Source: Octopus sinensis
Lineage: Eukaryota
Length of the DNA stretch: 64,000 bases
Assembly (NCBI RefSeq): GCF_006345805.1
Contig: NC_042998.1
Span: forward strand, 187,922,001-187,986,000
Direction of reading: 5' to 3'
Of this stretch, positions 49,095-61,352 are shown in pieces. Below the pieces are notes generated by a model. It did not search any database. It was given only the letters and a program-made list of their open reading frames with translations, and was not told the DNA's origin. Numbering within the stretch: position 1 is the stretch's first letter; every line of letters begins with the position of its first letter. A program made the position numbers and the translations under genes.

Positions 49095-49480
49095 ATCTGT
49101 GCCGGTGGCACATAAAAAGCACCATCCGAACGTGGCCGTAGCCAGCGCTGCCCCGACTGGCTTCTGTGCTGGTGGCACATAAAAAGCACCATCCGAACGT
49201 GGCCGTTGCCAGCGCCGCCTTGGCTGGCTTCCATGCCGGTGGCACGTTAATAGCTCCAACCAATCGTGGCCGATGCCAGACCCCCCCTGGCACCTGTGCA
49301 GGTGGCACGTAAAAAGCACCCACTACACTCGCGGAGTGGTTGGCGTTAGGAAGGGCATCCAGCTGTAGAAACTCTGCCTGATCAGACTGGAGCCTGGTGC
49401 AGCCCCTGGCTTCCCAGACCCTGGTCGAACCGTCCAACCCGTGCTAGCGCGGAAAACAGACGTTTAAACGATGATGATGA
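49095..49480 (+). mobile_element. RTE 3'-UTR copy (family B) with subrepeats
   Basis: Consensus; tail tttaaacgatgatgatga. Confidence 0.92.
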
Positions 49481-50894
49481 AAGGATGGTTACAGCCGGAA
49501 TACTTTGGATCATAGGTTTGCTTTATTGAGCTGACCTGTTGCTAAACAACAGTAGCATTGTAATCACTAACATCTCAACTATGACAATCAATGTTTACAT
49601 ATTTTTTTGTCATGGTTTTATTGTCATATTTGTCCTTCATGTATTGAATGATTCATCATAAATAATCAACCTTATCGCTGAACTTATTCAACCATAAGTC
49701 AGCCCTGATTAAACAGACTTGTGATCAAAAGCAATCCAGCTATGGCTTTCTTGTATTTTTTCTAGACATTGTGTACTCTGGACTACTACATTGTTCAATG
49801 TGTCCTTCCTTTTTTAGAGGTGGGAGGGTACCATTTGAGGAAGATTTAGATGCTATTTCTAATGGGCAGCATGACCATGGAGAGCAGATCTTTTTTTGAT
49901 TCTTGTGTCACAGCACACTTGTATGGTGAATATGGTGCCATATATTGTATGTAGGTGTGCTGCAAGTTTTTGCAGCAACTCCCAAAGTGCCAAGAGATTT
50001 TTAAAAACTTCAGTTTTCTTTTTAAATGCATGTGTACCATTGAATGTGTATTCCTTTATGTCAAGCGTAATACTTGCATCAATCTCTATTTTAAAACAGT
50101 TTTAACATATTTTATATAAGAAAACTGTTAAAAAGGTAATGGTGTACAGTAACACTTTTAGTGCCTTATTCAGAGTGCTGTTGGTGAAAGAAAAATTGAA
50201 AATTGCTGCCGTATCATGGCTCTCTTATTGACTTATATCACTTATAGTTACTTTTGTTTAACACCAGTTCAATCACAATATAACAGACCTATGATCAAAG
50301 ACATTCCAACCATGACTATCCTCTCTTAAGGGTATATAAGACTATATTATATGATGTCTTTTCCTCACATAAGATGGTAGGGAGCAGTGGTGGGTATTTG
50401 TTAAAATTATTAGGGGTGCTGCTTCAGAAAAGTTTTAGCTGTTGTTTTAATATTGTGTAAAAGGAAACAAACATATAAAAAGAAAATTTATACATAAACT
50501 TGATTGATTCACATTTTAGCCACTGCCAGGTAGTGCGTTTAATTTGTTCACTGAAATCCACCATGAATTCCCCCTTGTTTTTCAAAAATCCCCACTAAAT
50601 CACGAAATGGGTTGGTGGGGGTTGGGGCGATGGAAATGTGCCCTATTTTTCAAATCCTGGTGGCAACATTGAAGCAGGAAGCAGGATAATAATCCAATTC
50701 CACACTTTATCATATTCAAGAATATAAACATGTTTTTAAGCACATGTGGAGTCAAAAAGAAACACTACCCCTCACTGGAACACCGAAGTTGGCACTGTTG
50801 TTCACGCAGTGCTCCACATCGCTGGAACTGTGAAGTGCACAGTGCTATACAAGGATTTTTGTATTTTTTCCATAAACTAAGGGATAGCTACTAT

Positions 50895-51283
50895 CATCTT
50901 TGTCGTTGCCTGAATCTCCGGCCCCTCCCTTCGGTGCTTCTACAACAGCGCTTAAGGTGGCTCGGTCATGCGGCCCGGTGTCCAGAGGGTGAGCTGATTC
51001 GTGATGTCTTCTTCCCATCTCCACTTCCTAACTGGCGCAAACACATGGGCGGGCAGCTGAAGACCTGGGCAACAACGATAAAGGAGGACCTCTCCGAACT
51101 CTCAGGTCCACAGGTGGTCAGTCTACACAGATGGAACCGCGAACGGCTCGCTATCTCCAGTGACCTCGCACAGGACTGTCGAGCGTGGGCCGTCATGGTT
51201 CGTGATGCCGTTAGGACCAGAGAAGAAGCCGGCTCAACCCGCCCTAGGTGAACGCCGTCACTAGTACAAGTACAAGTAAGTAT
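50895..51283 (+). mobile_element. RTE (BovB-like) 3' end with (GTACAA)n tail
   Basis: QRLRWLGHAARCPEGELIRDV..WRKHMGGQLKTWATTIKEDL..LAQDCRAWAVMVRD. Confidence 0.85.
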
Positions 51284-51366
51284 GGCTACTGAAATGAAGC
51301 TTAAGGATTATATAATGTACAAGTATGTAATTATATAATATTATATACAATTATATAATGTACAAG

Positions 51367-51586
51367 GGCGGTGAGCCGGCAGAAATGTTAGCACACTGGG
51401 CGAAATGCCTAGTGGTATTTCGTCTGCTTTTACGTTCTGAGTTCAAATTCTGCTGAGGTCAACTTTGCCTTTCATCCTTTCGGGGTCGATAAATTAAGTA
51501 CCAGTTAATCACTGGGGTCGATGTAATCGACTTAATCCTCTTGTTTGTTCCCTCTATGTTTAGCCCCCTGTGGGCAATAAAGAAAT
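51367..51586 (+). mobile_element. SINE-C with TSD tataatgtacaag
   Basis: TSD on both sides; consensus body. Confidence 0.9.
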
Positions 51587-52384
51587 ATATATAATGTACA
51601 AGTATAAAGAAAGAATTAAAGAAAAAAGGACTTATTATATTGAATATTATTGATAATATCGACTGGAAATAGGAGGTGCTGCAGTTTCAAGCTGGTACTG
51701 GCAGGGAGTGATTTGAAGTCTTGGTTGCTTTTTGTAGCAAGTTGGATGACCATGTGTAGTAAGCATATTATATAGGGATAGTTAAAAAAAATAAAGAGGT
51801 AAGGAGGTTTTACAAATGTTTAGGTGTCAGTAGGGCTACGTTTTCCAGTTCATTTCTTATTTCAGATACACAATTATATATTTGTGTGCTTATGTGTTTG
51901 TGTCTGTAGGAATTGTATAATTTTATTTTTCATAAGTTAAAAAGGGGAGGAAGGGCAGTTGCCATAATTTGCAGGGCTTCTGAGAGTGGTGAGATTTATG
52001 TGACTGATGCCTAGAAATAGCTACCAAGTCTCCCTTGAATCAAACCATACCATTTTAGGTTCTCTGCATACATGAAAACATTCATTCCAGAATGGTCATG
52101 GCTGGAATGCCTTCGATTATACGTCTGTTTAATCAGGATTGATCTGGGGTTAAACAACAAGAAGTCAGTGTCTGCAAGAACAAACATGGTTGAGGAAAAC
52201 TGGGAGGGGGGAGGGGAGAACTGTGAGAGGGGTTGTTTGTTCCAAAGTAACTATGAACTCCACTAAGGGTTCCCAAATGCCAAGTGTTGGTGTTAAACCA
52301 GAGAGCTTGTTTTGTTTGGCATGTTAAACATAACTATTATTTGCATGGTATAATAATAATAACAATAATAATAATAATAATATA

Positions 52385-52825
52385 AACGTATCTGTCAAAA
52401 CCTACCAGAAACTGAGCAAATATAAAGAACTGGAAACAGAAATCAGCAAAATGTGGAACCTGAAGACTAAAACAATACCTGTTGTCATAGGTAACCTGGG
52501 AATGATAGCAAAAGGGGCTGATTGCTACCTAACTCAGATACCAGGAAACCCCAAAATGGCAGAAATTCAAAAGATAGTGCTCATGGGAACTGCTCATATC
52601 CTACGCAAGATACTTTCTTTGTAATCTCAAGTTTTAAAACAAGCATAATTTTCGTATGGTTTTTTAGGCATTCACTAGTACAACACTAAGTACAAAACCA
52701 AATATATGGCACCCTAAGCATAACACCAACATGAACTTCCAACTTGTTGTCTCTTGAGGTCTCTGGGTGAGACTTGGAGCCAGCTTGTGCAAATGTAAAG
52801 CAAAAGTCAAACATAGAATAATTAA
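52385..52825 (+). mobile_element. 5'-truncated R4/Dong-type (restriction-like endonuclease) LINE in a (TAA)n tract
   Basis: QKLSKYKELETEISKMWNLKTKTIPVVIGNLG..IQKIVLMGTAHILRKIL*; (TAA)n at 52350-52383. Confidence 0.8.
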
Positions 52826-54550
52826 TATTACTTTTGGAAATTTGAAATTTATTATTATTGTCATCATCATTGGCGGCAGCAGCAGAGTGAATGGGGAAGA
52901 ACAAATTATATGTCTTAATTGTTCTCCTCCTCTCTGAGAATGTGCAGAATGGCCTTGTAAGAATAACCTGGAGGTTTCAAGTAATAAGTTGACTGTAGGT
53001 TTCATTTATAACTTTTTCTATGTTCTTTCTCTATTTTTTCCATTTACCCACTTGTGATTGAATTCTAGAGAAGAAGAGTAGAGAAACACCAAATTTGTCA
53101 GCTTTATTTCATGAATAAACCATTTTTTTTTGTTAAAGCATAATAAATTTGAGATTCAAATGTCTACTACTATGTAGTCATCAAATAAGTAATCGGCTAT
53201 CTTATAGTTTAGTAAGCATATTATACAAGGACAGTTAAAAAAAACAATAAAGAGGTAAGGAGATTTTACAAATGTTTAGGTGTCAGTAGTGCTAAGTTTT
53301 CCAGTTCATTTCTTATTTCATATACACAATTACGTATGTGTATGTTTATGTGTCTGTGTCTGTCTAGGAATTGTATATGGCGCAAACACATGGGCAGGCA
53401 GCTGAAGACCTGGGCAACAACGATAAAGGAGGACCTCTCCTAACTCTCAGGTCCGCAAGTGGTCAGTCTGCACAGATGGAACCACGAATGGCTCGCTATC
53501 TCCAGTGAGATATTGGTTGCTGTTTTGGCCTACATCAACCCTATGATCAAGCATATTCCATCTTTGACTATTCCACTTTTTTCTATACAAAGTTAACAAT
53601 TCTATTAAGAAGAATTGTTTATCTACATTCTGGTGTAACACGATAGCATGGCTTCTGTAATATCAGGTATTTCAGTGTTGCATAATCATCTTAATGGTTA
53701 TCTGGGATGGATGGTTCCTCCCCCTTGCAGTATCTTAATATTTGAGCAGGAGAATAATATACTTTTAACTGTAGTCAACTCCATTTGAAGGGAGGCCCTT
53801 GGAAAATTAACAGGATTTAAGTTCAAGGAAAATAGTGCTTGAGAATCTAAAGAATTTGTCTGCATGTCACAGAGCTAAGCGGAAAAATGTTTTTATCATA
53901 CACATGGCATCTTTCCCTGAGGAGGAATAAATAAGATAACCAAATGTGTAAAGTATTGAATCTCCTGTTTGTAAGTTGTCATTTCCAATCTGCTGGACAG
54001 ACACCTTAATTCTTCATTTCCTCAGTTAACCTAGCTATTTGGATGTTAAGATTATCTAGAATAATCTGGTGGGAGATTTATCTCTCATCTCATTTGCTTC
54101 ACATCATGATTGGAATTAACACTCTTAGAAGGAATTTACAACTTTACAACAGTAAGGGGAAAATGGTAATTATTCATTTTTTTTTTTAAAGGAGATAGTG
54201 TGACACCTTGGGCAAATGTATTCTATTATAGCCTTCGGGTATTAATGTCTCATTGGTGAAATTTGCTAAATGGAAACTGTACAGTGTATGTGTTGGTCTT
54301 TGCATATCATTGCATTGATATCACATGTGCAATGATGATATTTGTTTATGTCTATAAGCAATATGTTCTGTAGCTCATTGGTTCAATGTGAGAAAATCAG
54401 TGGAATAAAGTACTTTCCTTGAAAACAAATAGTGGTTAGCATCAGGAAAGGCACTCAGCCATAGAATACTGCCTCAAGCAGTCTTGTCCTACACATGTCT
54501 GCATGGAAAAAGTAAATGTAAAAATGCTGATGATGGTAAATACATGTACA

Positions 54551-54782
54551 AGGCGGTGAGCTGGCAGAAACGTTAGCACGCTGGGCAAAATGCTTAGCGG
54601 TATTTCATCTGCCGCTACGTTCTGAGTTCAAATTCCACCGAGGTCAACTTTGCCTTTCATCCTTTCGGGGTCGATTAAATAAGTACCAGTTACACACTTG
54701 GGTGGATATAATTGACTTAATCCGTTTATCTGTCTTTGTTTGTCCTCTCTGTGTTTAGCCCCTTGTGGGTAGTAAAGAAATA
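54551..54782 (+). mobile_element. SINE-C with 16-bp TSD
   Basis: ggtaaatacatgtaca at 54535-54550 and 54783-54798. Confidence 0.95.
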
Positions 54783-54929
54783 GGTAAATACATGTACATG
54801 ATGGTAAATACATGATGTTTTTGCACCTGTAAGGATGAACTCAAACCTTTTACCACACAATCATGCCTACACTCATTGAAAAATGAATCATATGTACCAT
54901 CTACCTTCTTTTGTTTGTTTAGTTCATCT

Positions 54930-55455
54930 TTTGTTTAACGTCCGTTTCCCATGCTAGCATGGGCATAGACGATTTTGACTGAGGGCTGGCAAACCAGATG
55001 GCTGCACCAGGCTCCAATCTTGATCTGGCAGAGTTTCTATAGCTGAATGCCTTTCCTAATGCCAACCACTCTGAGAGTGTAGTGGGTGCTTTTTACGTGC
55101 CACTAGTACGGGGGCCAGTCAGGCGGTACTGGCAATTACCGGCGAGCTGGCAGAAACGTTAGCACGCTGGGCGAAGTGCGTAGCCGTATTTTGTCTGCCG
55201 TTACGTTCTGAGTTCAAATTCCGCCGAGGTCGACTTTGCCTTTCATCCTGTCAGGGTCGATAAATTAAGTACCAGTTACGCACTGGGGTCGATGTAATTG
55301 ACTTAATCCGTGTGTCTGTCCTTGTTTGTCCACTCTATGTTTAGCCCCTTGTGGGTAGTAAAGAAATAGGTACTGGCAAATTCCTTGCTCGAATCTTTTT
55401 ACATGTGCCACCGGCACAGGTGCCAGTGAAGCAACGTTGGTAACGATCACGCTCG
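54930..55455 (-). mobile_element. RTE 3'-UTR copy carrying a nested SINE-C (55136-55368, +)
   Basis: TSD ggtactggcaa at 55125-55135 and 55369-55379. Confidence 0.92.
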
Positions 55456-55782
55456 AAATACATCTATTTTTCTATGCATGGATGAAATAATTGTTTCAGT
55501 TACACATTGAAGAAATGTTTCTTATTCTAGAACACAGAACAAAGGCTTTAGAAATATTATTTGAAATTATAATCATTAGCTTTCAGTTTTCTTGCAACTT
55601 GACTGCAAAATTAATGTATCTCTTTTAAAAGTACATATAACAATATACACATGAGCACACACATACAGAGCTACACACATGCATGCACTCATACACACAT
55701 TTGTTCACACGTGCATTGTCAGAGAAAACAAATATCCTTTATGTAGCTGGTACTGATGCATACAGTTGGCAAATATTTATAG

Positions 55783-55861
55783 CTGGCTTGTGGCACCCAG
55801 CGACTCAATAATCCACCATTAATTATCAGTATTGATGAAACCACAAACCGTGATGTTGATG
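55783..55861 (+). CDS. Candidate exon LACGTQRLNNPPLIISIDETTNRDVD (phase 0->1)
   Basis: Only one open frame; in-frame TAG at the acceptor (tttatAG); phase 0 start fits the ..VMGK end of exon 46496. Donor gtagat is weak, and SIDETT also resembles a hAT transposase motif. Confidence 0.35.
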
Positions 55862-55979
55862 GTAGATAGATATTGATAGATAACTTAGGGTGGATTGATT
55901 AACTCAAGCTGGACAAAGTGACAATTAATGACTTGCTCTCTCTCTCTCTTTCTCTCTTTCATCTTGTCATCCACTATAG

Positions 55980-56026
55980 TCCGTTATCTGACATAAACAA
56001 AGATAGAAAAAAACCCACCCAGTTTG
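55980..56026 (+). CDS. Candidate exon (S)PLSDINKDRKKPTQF(G), phase 2->1
   Basis: Long pyrimidine tract plus ccactatAG acceptor, good donor TTG|gtatgt; single open frame; not phase-compatible with 55783-55861. Confidence 0.4.
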
Positions 56027-56257
56027 GTATGTTGTTATTACTGTGGCAGTTTTTACAGCTGAGTGCTCTGAACGCAAACATACCCATCCCTTGTAACATC
56101 TGTTGATTCACTGGGTGTGCCAATTTTTTTTTTTTTTTTTTTACCATCACCAGCACCATCACCACCATTGTCATCCTTATATCATCATTTTTAAGTTCAT
56201 TTCCTCATGCTTGCATGGGCAGAAAGAGAGTTATGGAGGAGGCAGTATTTTGTATGC

Positions 56258-56487
56258 TGTGAACTGGCAGAAACGTTAGCACGCCGGCGAAATGCATTGC
56301 CGTATTTTGTCTGCCGCTACGTTCTGAGTTCAAATTCCGCCGAGATCGACTTTACCTTTCATCCTTTCGGAGGTTGATTAAATAAGTACCAGTTACGTAC
56401 TGGGGGGTCGATATAATCGACTTAATCCGTTTGTCTGTCCTTGTTTGTCCTCTCTGTGTTTAGCCCCTTGTGGGTAGTAAAGAAATA
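56258..56487 (+). mobile_element. SINE-C with 14-bp TSD
   Basis: agtattttgtatgc at 56244-56257 and 56488-56501. Confidence 0.95.
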
Positions 56488-56924
56488 AGTATTTTGTATG
56501 CAGGACATACTTCCTGTCATAAACCTTTATTTGATTTTTAAGTTATTCATTTGCTTTCTACAGTCTTCACATATAACAAAAGTATTAATTATGGAACATA
56601 TTGTTGACAAGAGACAAATATTGTCAACTTTATTGTTCACATTGTGACGCTGTAACATGTACAGAAACATTTAATCTCTCTTGTTCTGTCTGTCTGTCTC
56701 TTTCTCATACACACACACATACACATCGTTTCCTGTTTATCAAATTTCACTTACAAGACATTGGTCACTCAAAGGTACCATGCATTGAGATGGAACTAGC
56801 AACCATGTGGTTGCAAACAGCTTAACTATGTATCAATACCAGTAACACTGATTCAATTATAATAATATTTCATTAATAAATGAATAGTTACACACATAAT
56901 ATATATATATATATATGTATCAAC

Positions 56925-59900
56925 ATCATCATTGTCGTTTAAAGTCTACTTTCCATGCTGGCATGGGTTGGATGGTTTGACTGAGGACTGGCGAGACAGA
57001 AGGCTGCACCAAGCTCCAGTCTTGATCTGGCAAAGTTTCTGCAGCTGGATGCTCTTCCTAATGCGAACCACTCCCAGAGTGTAGTGGGTGCTTTTATGTG
57101 CCACCAGCATGAGGAACAATCAGGTAGTACTGGCAATGACCACGCTCAAAAGGTGTTTTTTACGTGCCACCTGCATGGAAGCCAGTCCAGTGGCACTGGC
57201 AATGACCATGCTTGAATGTTGTTTTTCTCATGTCACTAGCACGTGTCAGTAAGGTGACACTGGAAACGCTCACGCTCGAATGGTGCTTTTTACATGCCAC
57301 CGGCACAAGAACCATTCAGCAGCCCTGGCAACAATCACACTTGGACGGTGCTTTTAACGTTCCACTGGCATGAGTGCCAATCAGGTGGTACTATCATCAG
57401 CCATGTCAGCAATTTTGATTTCACTTGCCTCAACAGGTCGTTGCAAGCAAAGTTTATTGTCCAATGAATGAAGGGTACTCATAACTTGGCTGGTTATACA
57501 CCACTGGCATAGGTCATGGGTTATGGTCTTCTTTAGCACAACATATCTCCAAAGGTCTTGGTCACTAGTCATTGCCTTGGTGAGGCCCAATGTTCCAAGG
57601 TCATTCTTCAAGCATACTGGCTTCATTCCTTGCAAGCTTACTCATGTCCTCAGCAGTCACAGCCCATTTTTCACTGCTATGTAGCATGGCTGTTCGTACA
57701 CATGCGTCATAGTCTACCTTTTACTCTGAGTGAGAGGCCATTTGTCACTAGCAGAGGTAGGAGCTCTCTGAACTTTGCTCAGGCTGTTCTAGCAGTTACA
57801 CTTTCAGAGCATTCACTCTTGCTACTGACTTGGTCACCTAGTTAACAGATACTATCAAATACTTGTAGTTTTTCCCTCTGGAATGTGATGGAAGCTGTTT
57901 TCTGCACATTTTCAGTGTTTATTGCTCCTGAGCATTTGCCACATACAAAAACTATCTTCCTAGTTAGCCTTCTTTTGATATTGCTGCACCTCTTATGTGT
58001 CCATAGCTTACACTGGGTATATCTATGGAGTTTCTACCTACGCCTTTTCTACAGATTGAGCAGGGCCATCTACCTGAAGATATTTGTGGTTTGTCTGCCT
58101 TTCTATTTATTAAGACTGGTTTTAGCTTGGTTGACTCTAAGGCCCTTCGATTCTAATCCTTGTTTCCACACCTGAAACTTTTCCTCTAGTTCTTGTAGTA
58201 ACTCAGCAATTAGAGCAAGGTCATCAGCATAGAGGAGCTCCCAGAGGCATCCTGTCTTGAATTCCTCTGTTATTGCCTCTCTTATGATGAATAAGAGGGG
58301 ACTGATCCATGGTGGACTCCTACACGAATTCTTCACTGTACTCATTACCAACCCTCACCTTACTGACAGCATCCCTGTACATGGCTTGCACAGCTCTCAC
58401 TAAACATTCATCTATCCCTAGTTTCCTCATTGACCACCATATAAGGGATAAGGGGGCCTTGTCAAAAGCTTTTTCCATGTCAATGAAAGCTAGGTACAGA
58501 GGTTTATCTTTGGTTAGGTATTTCTCTTATAGCTGTTTTACCAGAGGCATGAACCAAAACTGCATCTCATCTAGACTAACTCTCTCCCTAATTAGTTGGG
58601 CTATGACCCTCTCAATGACCTTCATTACCTGATCCAACAACTTGATACCTCTGTAATTAATTGTATCTAAAGCATCACCTTTACCTTTGTAGCAGTTGAC
58701 TATGGTGCTGCTATGCCAGTCATTAGGTATGATCCTTCATGTATCACTTGGTTGACTATATGGGTGACTAGGCTATAGCTGACACCACCAGATATTTTGA
58801 GCATCTCTGCAGTGATTCCTGATGGGATGGGGGCTTTCCCTGTCTTCATACCCTTAATTGCTTTATCTACCAAGATGCTGTCAATTTGGATAGCTGGTTC
58901 CTCTGTTGGGTCGGCATTTGGCTGACTCTCTTTCTCCCATTCATTCTCTTTATTTAGCAACCTTTCATAGTGGAGTTCCATATTTAAGAGATAAGGAATT
59001 ATGTACATTATTTACATTTGATGGATATTTGGCCTCATCTTGTTTGTTGTTAACAACAAAGATGAAGATAAATATCCATCAAATGTAAATAATGTACTTT
59101 CATAGTGGTGTCTCCAAACCCCTCTCTTTGCAGTCTCGTTTAATGCAAGTGAACCATCATCCATGCAGACACATTACTCTCCTACAACATCATGATTCTC
59201 TCTCACACACTGTCTTGCAACATGAAATACCTCAAATCTTTGGTCCTCACTACGCAGAACATTGGCAAATTTTTTCTTATCTGCTTCCCCTCTGGCTAAA
59301 TAAACCTGTCTTCTAGCTTCCCATCTGGCAGTCTGATACAACTCCTTGCTATCACCATTCTTCCAGTCCTTCCAAGCCTGTGTTTTTTCCCCAATGGCCC
59401 TCTCAACAACATTATTCCATCACCACGTTACCTTAGGTCGAGAGAGGACTTTGCACCATCCACAGATCTGGTCAGTGGCCCTCATCAGGTTGTCCCGTAG
59501 AAACCTCCAGTTGTCTTCCACATCATGTGATGCTATATCTCCCTCTATTTCGTCAAAGGCTTCGAGTAATACGTCTCTAAATCTCTGTCCATTCGCAGGA
59601 TCTTTAAGCTTCCAGACCCTTCTCCGCCATGCTGGTTGTCTTCTGGGCATCCATTTAGCCCTATCCTGAAGTCACTAACTACTAGTCTATGTTGTGGGGT
59701 ACATTCTTCGCCTGGGAAGGTTTTGGCATTTATAAGCAGCCATCTTTCCCCTTTCCTGGCAAGGATGTAGTCAGTTTGGTTAGTGTGTCTACCAGATCGG
59801 TAGGTGACTAGGTGACTGGCAGGTTTCTTGAAGTTAGTATTGCAAACCATAAGATCATTTACATTGCAGAACTCCAGCAACCTGGTTCCCTCCTCATTGT

Positions 59901-60109
59901 GGGAACCAAAACCTTAGCCTCCATGTATGCCATGGAAGACCCCTGCATGTTGTCCAACATGTCCATTGAAGTTACCAACCACAAAGAGAAGGACCCTGTC
60001 ATTCATCAATGAGGTAGTCAGCAAGAGGGTGTCATAGAATCGGTCTTTCTGTCCTTCAGGCTGAGGGGCATTGACCAAGATAATGGTTGCTAACCTATGA
60101 TGTATCACC
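56925..60109 (-). mobile_element. ~3.2 kb decayed RTE LINE (APE endonuclease + RT + 3' UTR), 5'-truncated
   Basis: GNFNGHVG, NTNFKK..VTYRSG..DYIL, GMKTGKAP.PSGITAEMLK, DMEKAFD, LLYADDLALIA; 3' UTR (56925-57460) equals family B; many stops and frameshifts. Confidence 0.95.
58974..59096. mobile_element. 123-bp palindromic insertion with 12-bp TSD inside the RTE
   Basis: ctttcatagtgg at 58962-58973 and 59097-59108; 28-bp perfect outer arms. Confidence 0.85.
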
Positions 60110-60539
60110 TATTTATTTGTGCAGCTGAACATGGCACTGCATTTAAACTGATATAATGATTTCATTGTTCAATTAAATGAAGTCACTTGAAATGGTCATA
60201 CTGCATCACTACTTGACACCACCCTATATAAACTAGTTTATATAGGGTGGTGTGGTGCAGGAGGGGAAGTGTTGGAGAAGCAAGTGGTTATTGAAACAGA
60301 GGGAGAGGGAGGGGGACCAGAGTTAGGCTGGTCAAGGATAGAACACAGGGGAGAAAAATATTCTTTTGGGATTTTGGGTAACAATTTAATGAAACAGCAA
60401 ATGCTGACACTAGTGAAATAGAATTGAAAAATTTTCGGTCAGCCATTAGAGAAATAAATGACGATGTGGTAAAATTGAATAAATGAATAAGTGACGATAG
60501 TAAATGCGCATTAAAGGAACTTATATATATATATATATA

Positions 60540-60890
60540 TATCATCATCATCATCATCATCATCGTTTAACGTCCGTTCTCCATGCTAGCATGGGTTGGA
60601 CGGTTCGACCGGGGATCTGGGAAGCCAGAAGGCTGCACCAGGCTCCAGTCTAATCTGGCAATGTTTCTACAGCTGGATGCCCTTCCTAACGCCAACCACT
60701 CCGTGAGTGTAGTGGGTGCTTTTTACGTGCCACCTGCACAGGTGCCAGGTGAGGCTGGCAACGGCCACGGTCGGATTGGTGTATTTTATGTGCCACCGGC
60801 ACGGAAGCCAGTCGAGGCGGTGCTGGCATCGGCCACGAGTCGGATAGTGCTTTTTACGTACCACCAGACCAGGGATCCTGGCTGGTTCAA
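60540..60890 (-). mobile_element. RTE 3'-UTR copy (family B)
   Basis: Consensus plus subrepeats. Confidence 0.92.
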
Positions 60891-61139
60891 TTCGATTTCG
60901 ATTTCGGAGCAAAATGGATGGTGCTGAGTTGTCAAACATTTAAACCAAATTTTCTCAAAACAACTTGTCTGACCGTCCCATAGGCCTCCTCTTTGAGAAA
61001 TACTGATTTAACCTAAATTTGAGACACCAGCAAAAGAAGAAATAAAGATAGACTTTTTTTCTCTTCCAAAGAAAAACGATTTTATTCACACAAATATGCA
61101 ACCGAAGAGTTTAAAGTACCAGTAAGTACATCGCAACAG

Positions 61140-61352
61140 CTGATGTACTTGCACGTACAAATGCATCTTCCCATGGCTTTATCGCTCGCATTCTCACCCG
61201 GAATCGATTTTTGTAATTTTTTCATGACTTATACACGCCCTGATATCGTCGGTATCTACATATCAAATTTGAGCACAATCGGATGGAGGATGTCCGAGAT
61301 CCTAGAAGACACACACTCACAGACAGACAGAAAGGATTTTATATAATAGATA
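61140..61352 (+). mobile_element. Helitron/HINE-like element 3' part
   Basis: atcaaatttgagcacaatcgga..acacacactcacagacagacaga..ttttatataatagat. Confidence 0.55.

Noticed and set aside
49818-49960. Exon candidate GGRVPFEEDLDAISNGQHDHGEQ
   Set aside because: In-frame stop before any good donor, and the required acceptor is non-optimal.
55800-55835. Similarity of NPPLIISID to the TRPM P.LLISV motif
   Set aside because: The match is too short and the flanks do not align; no gene symbol assigned.
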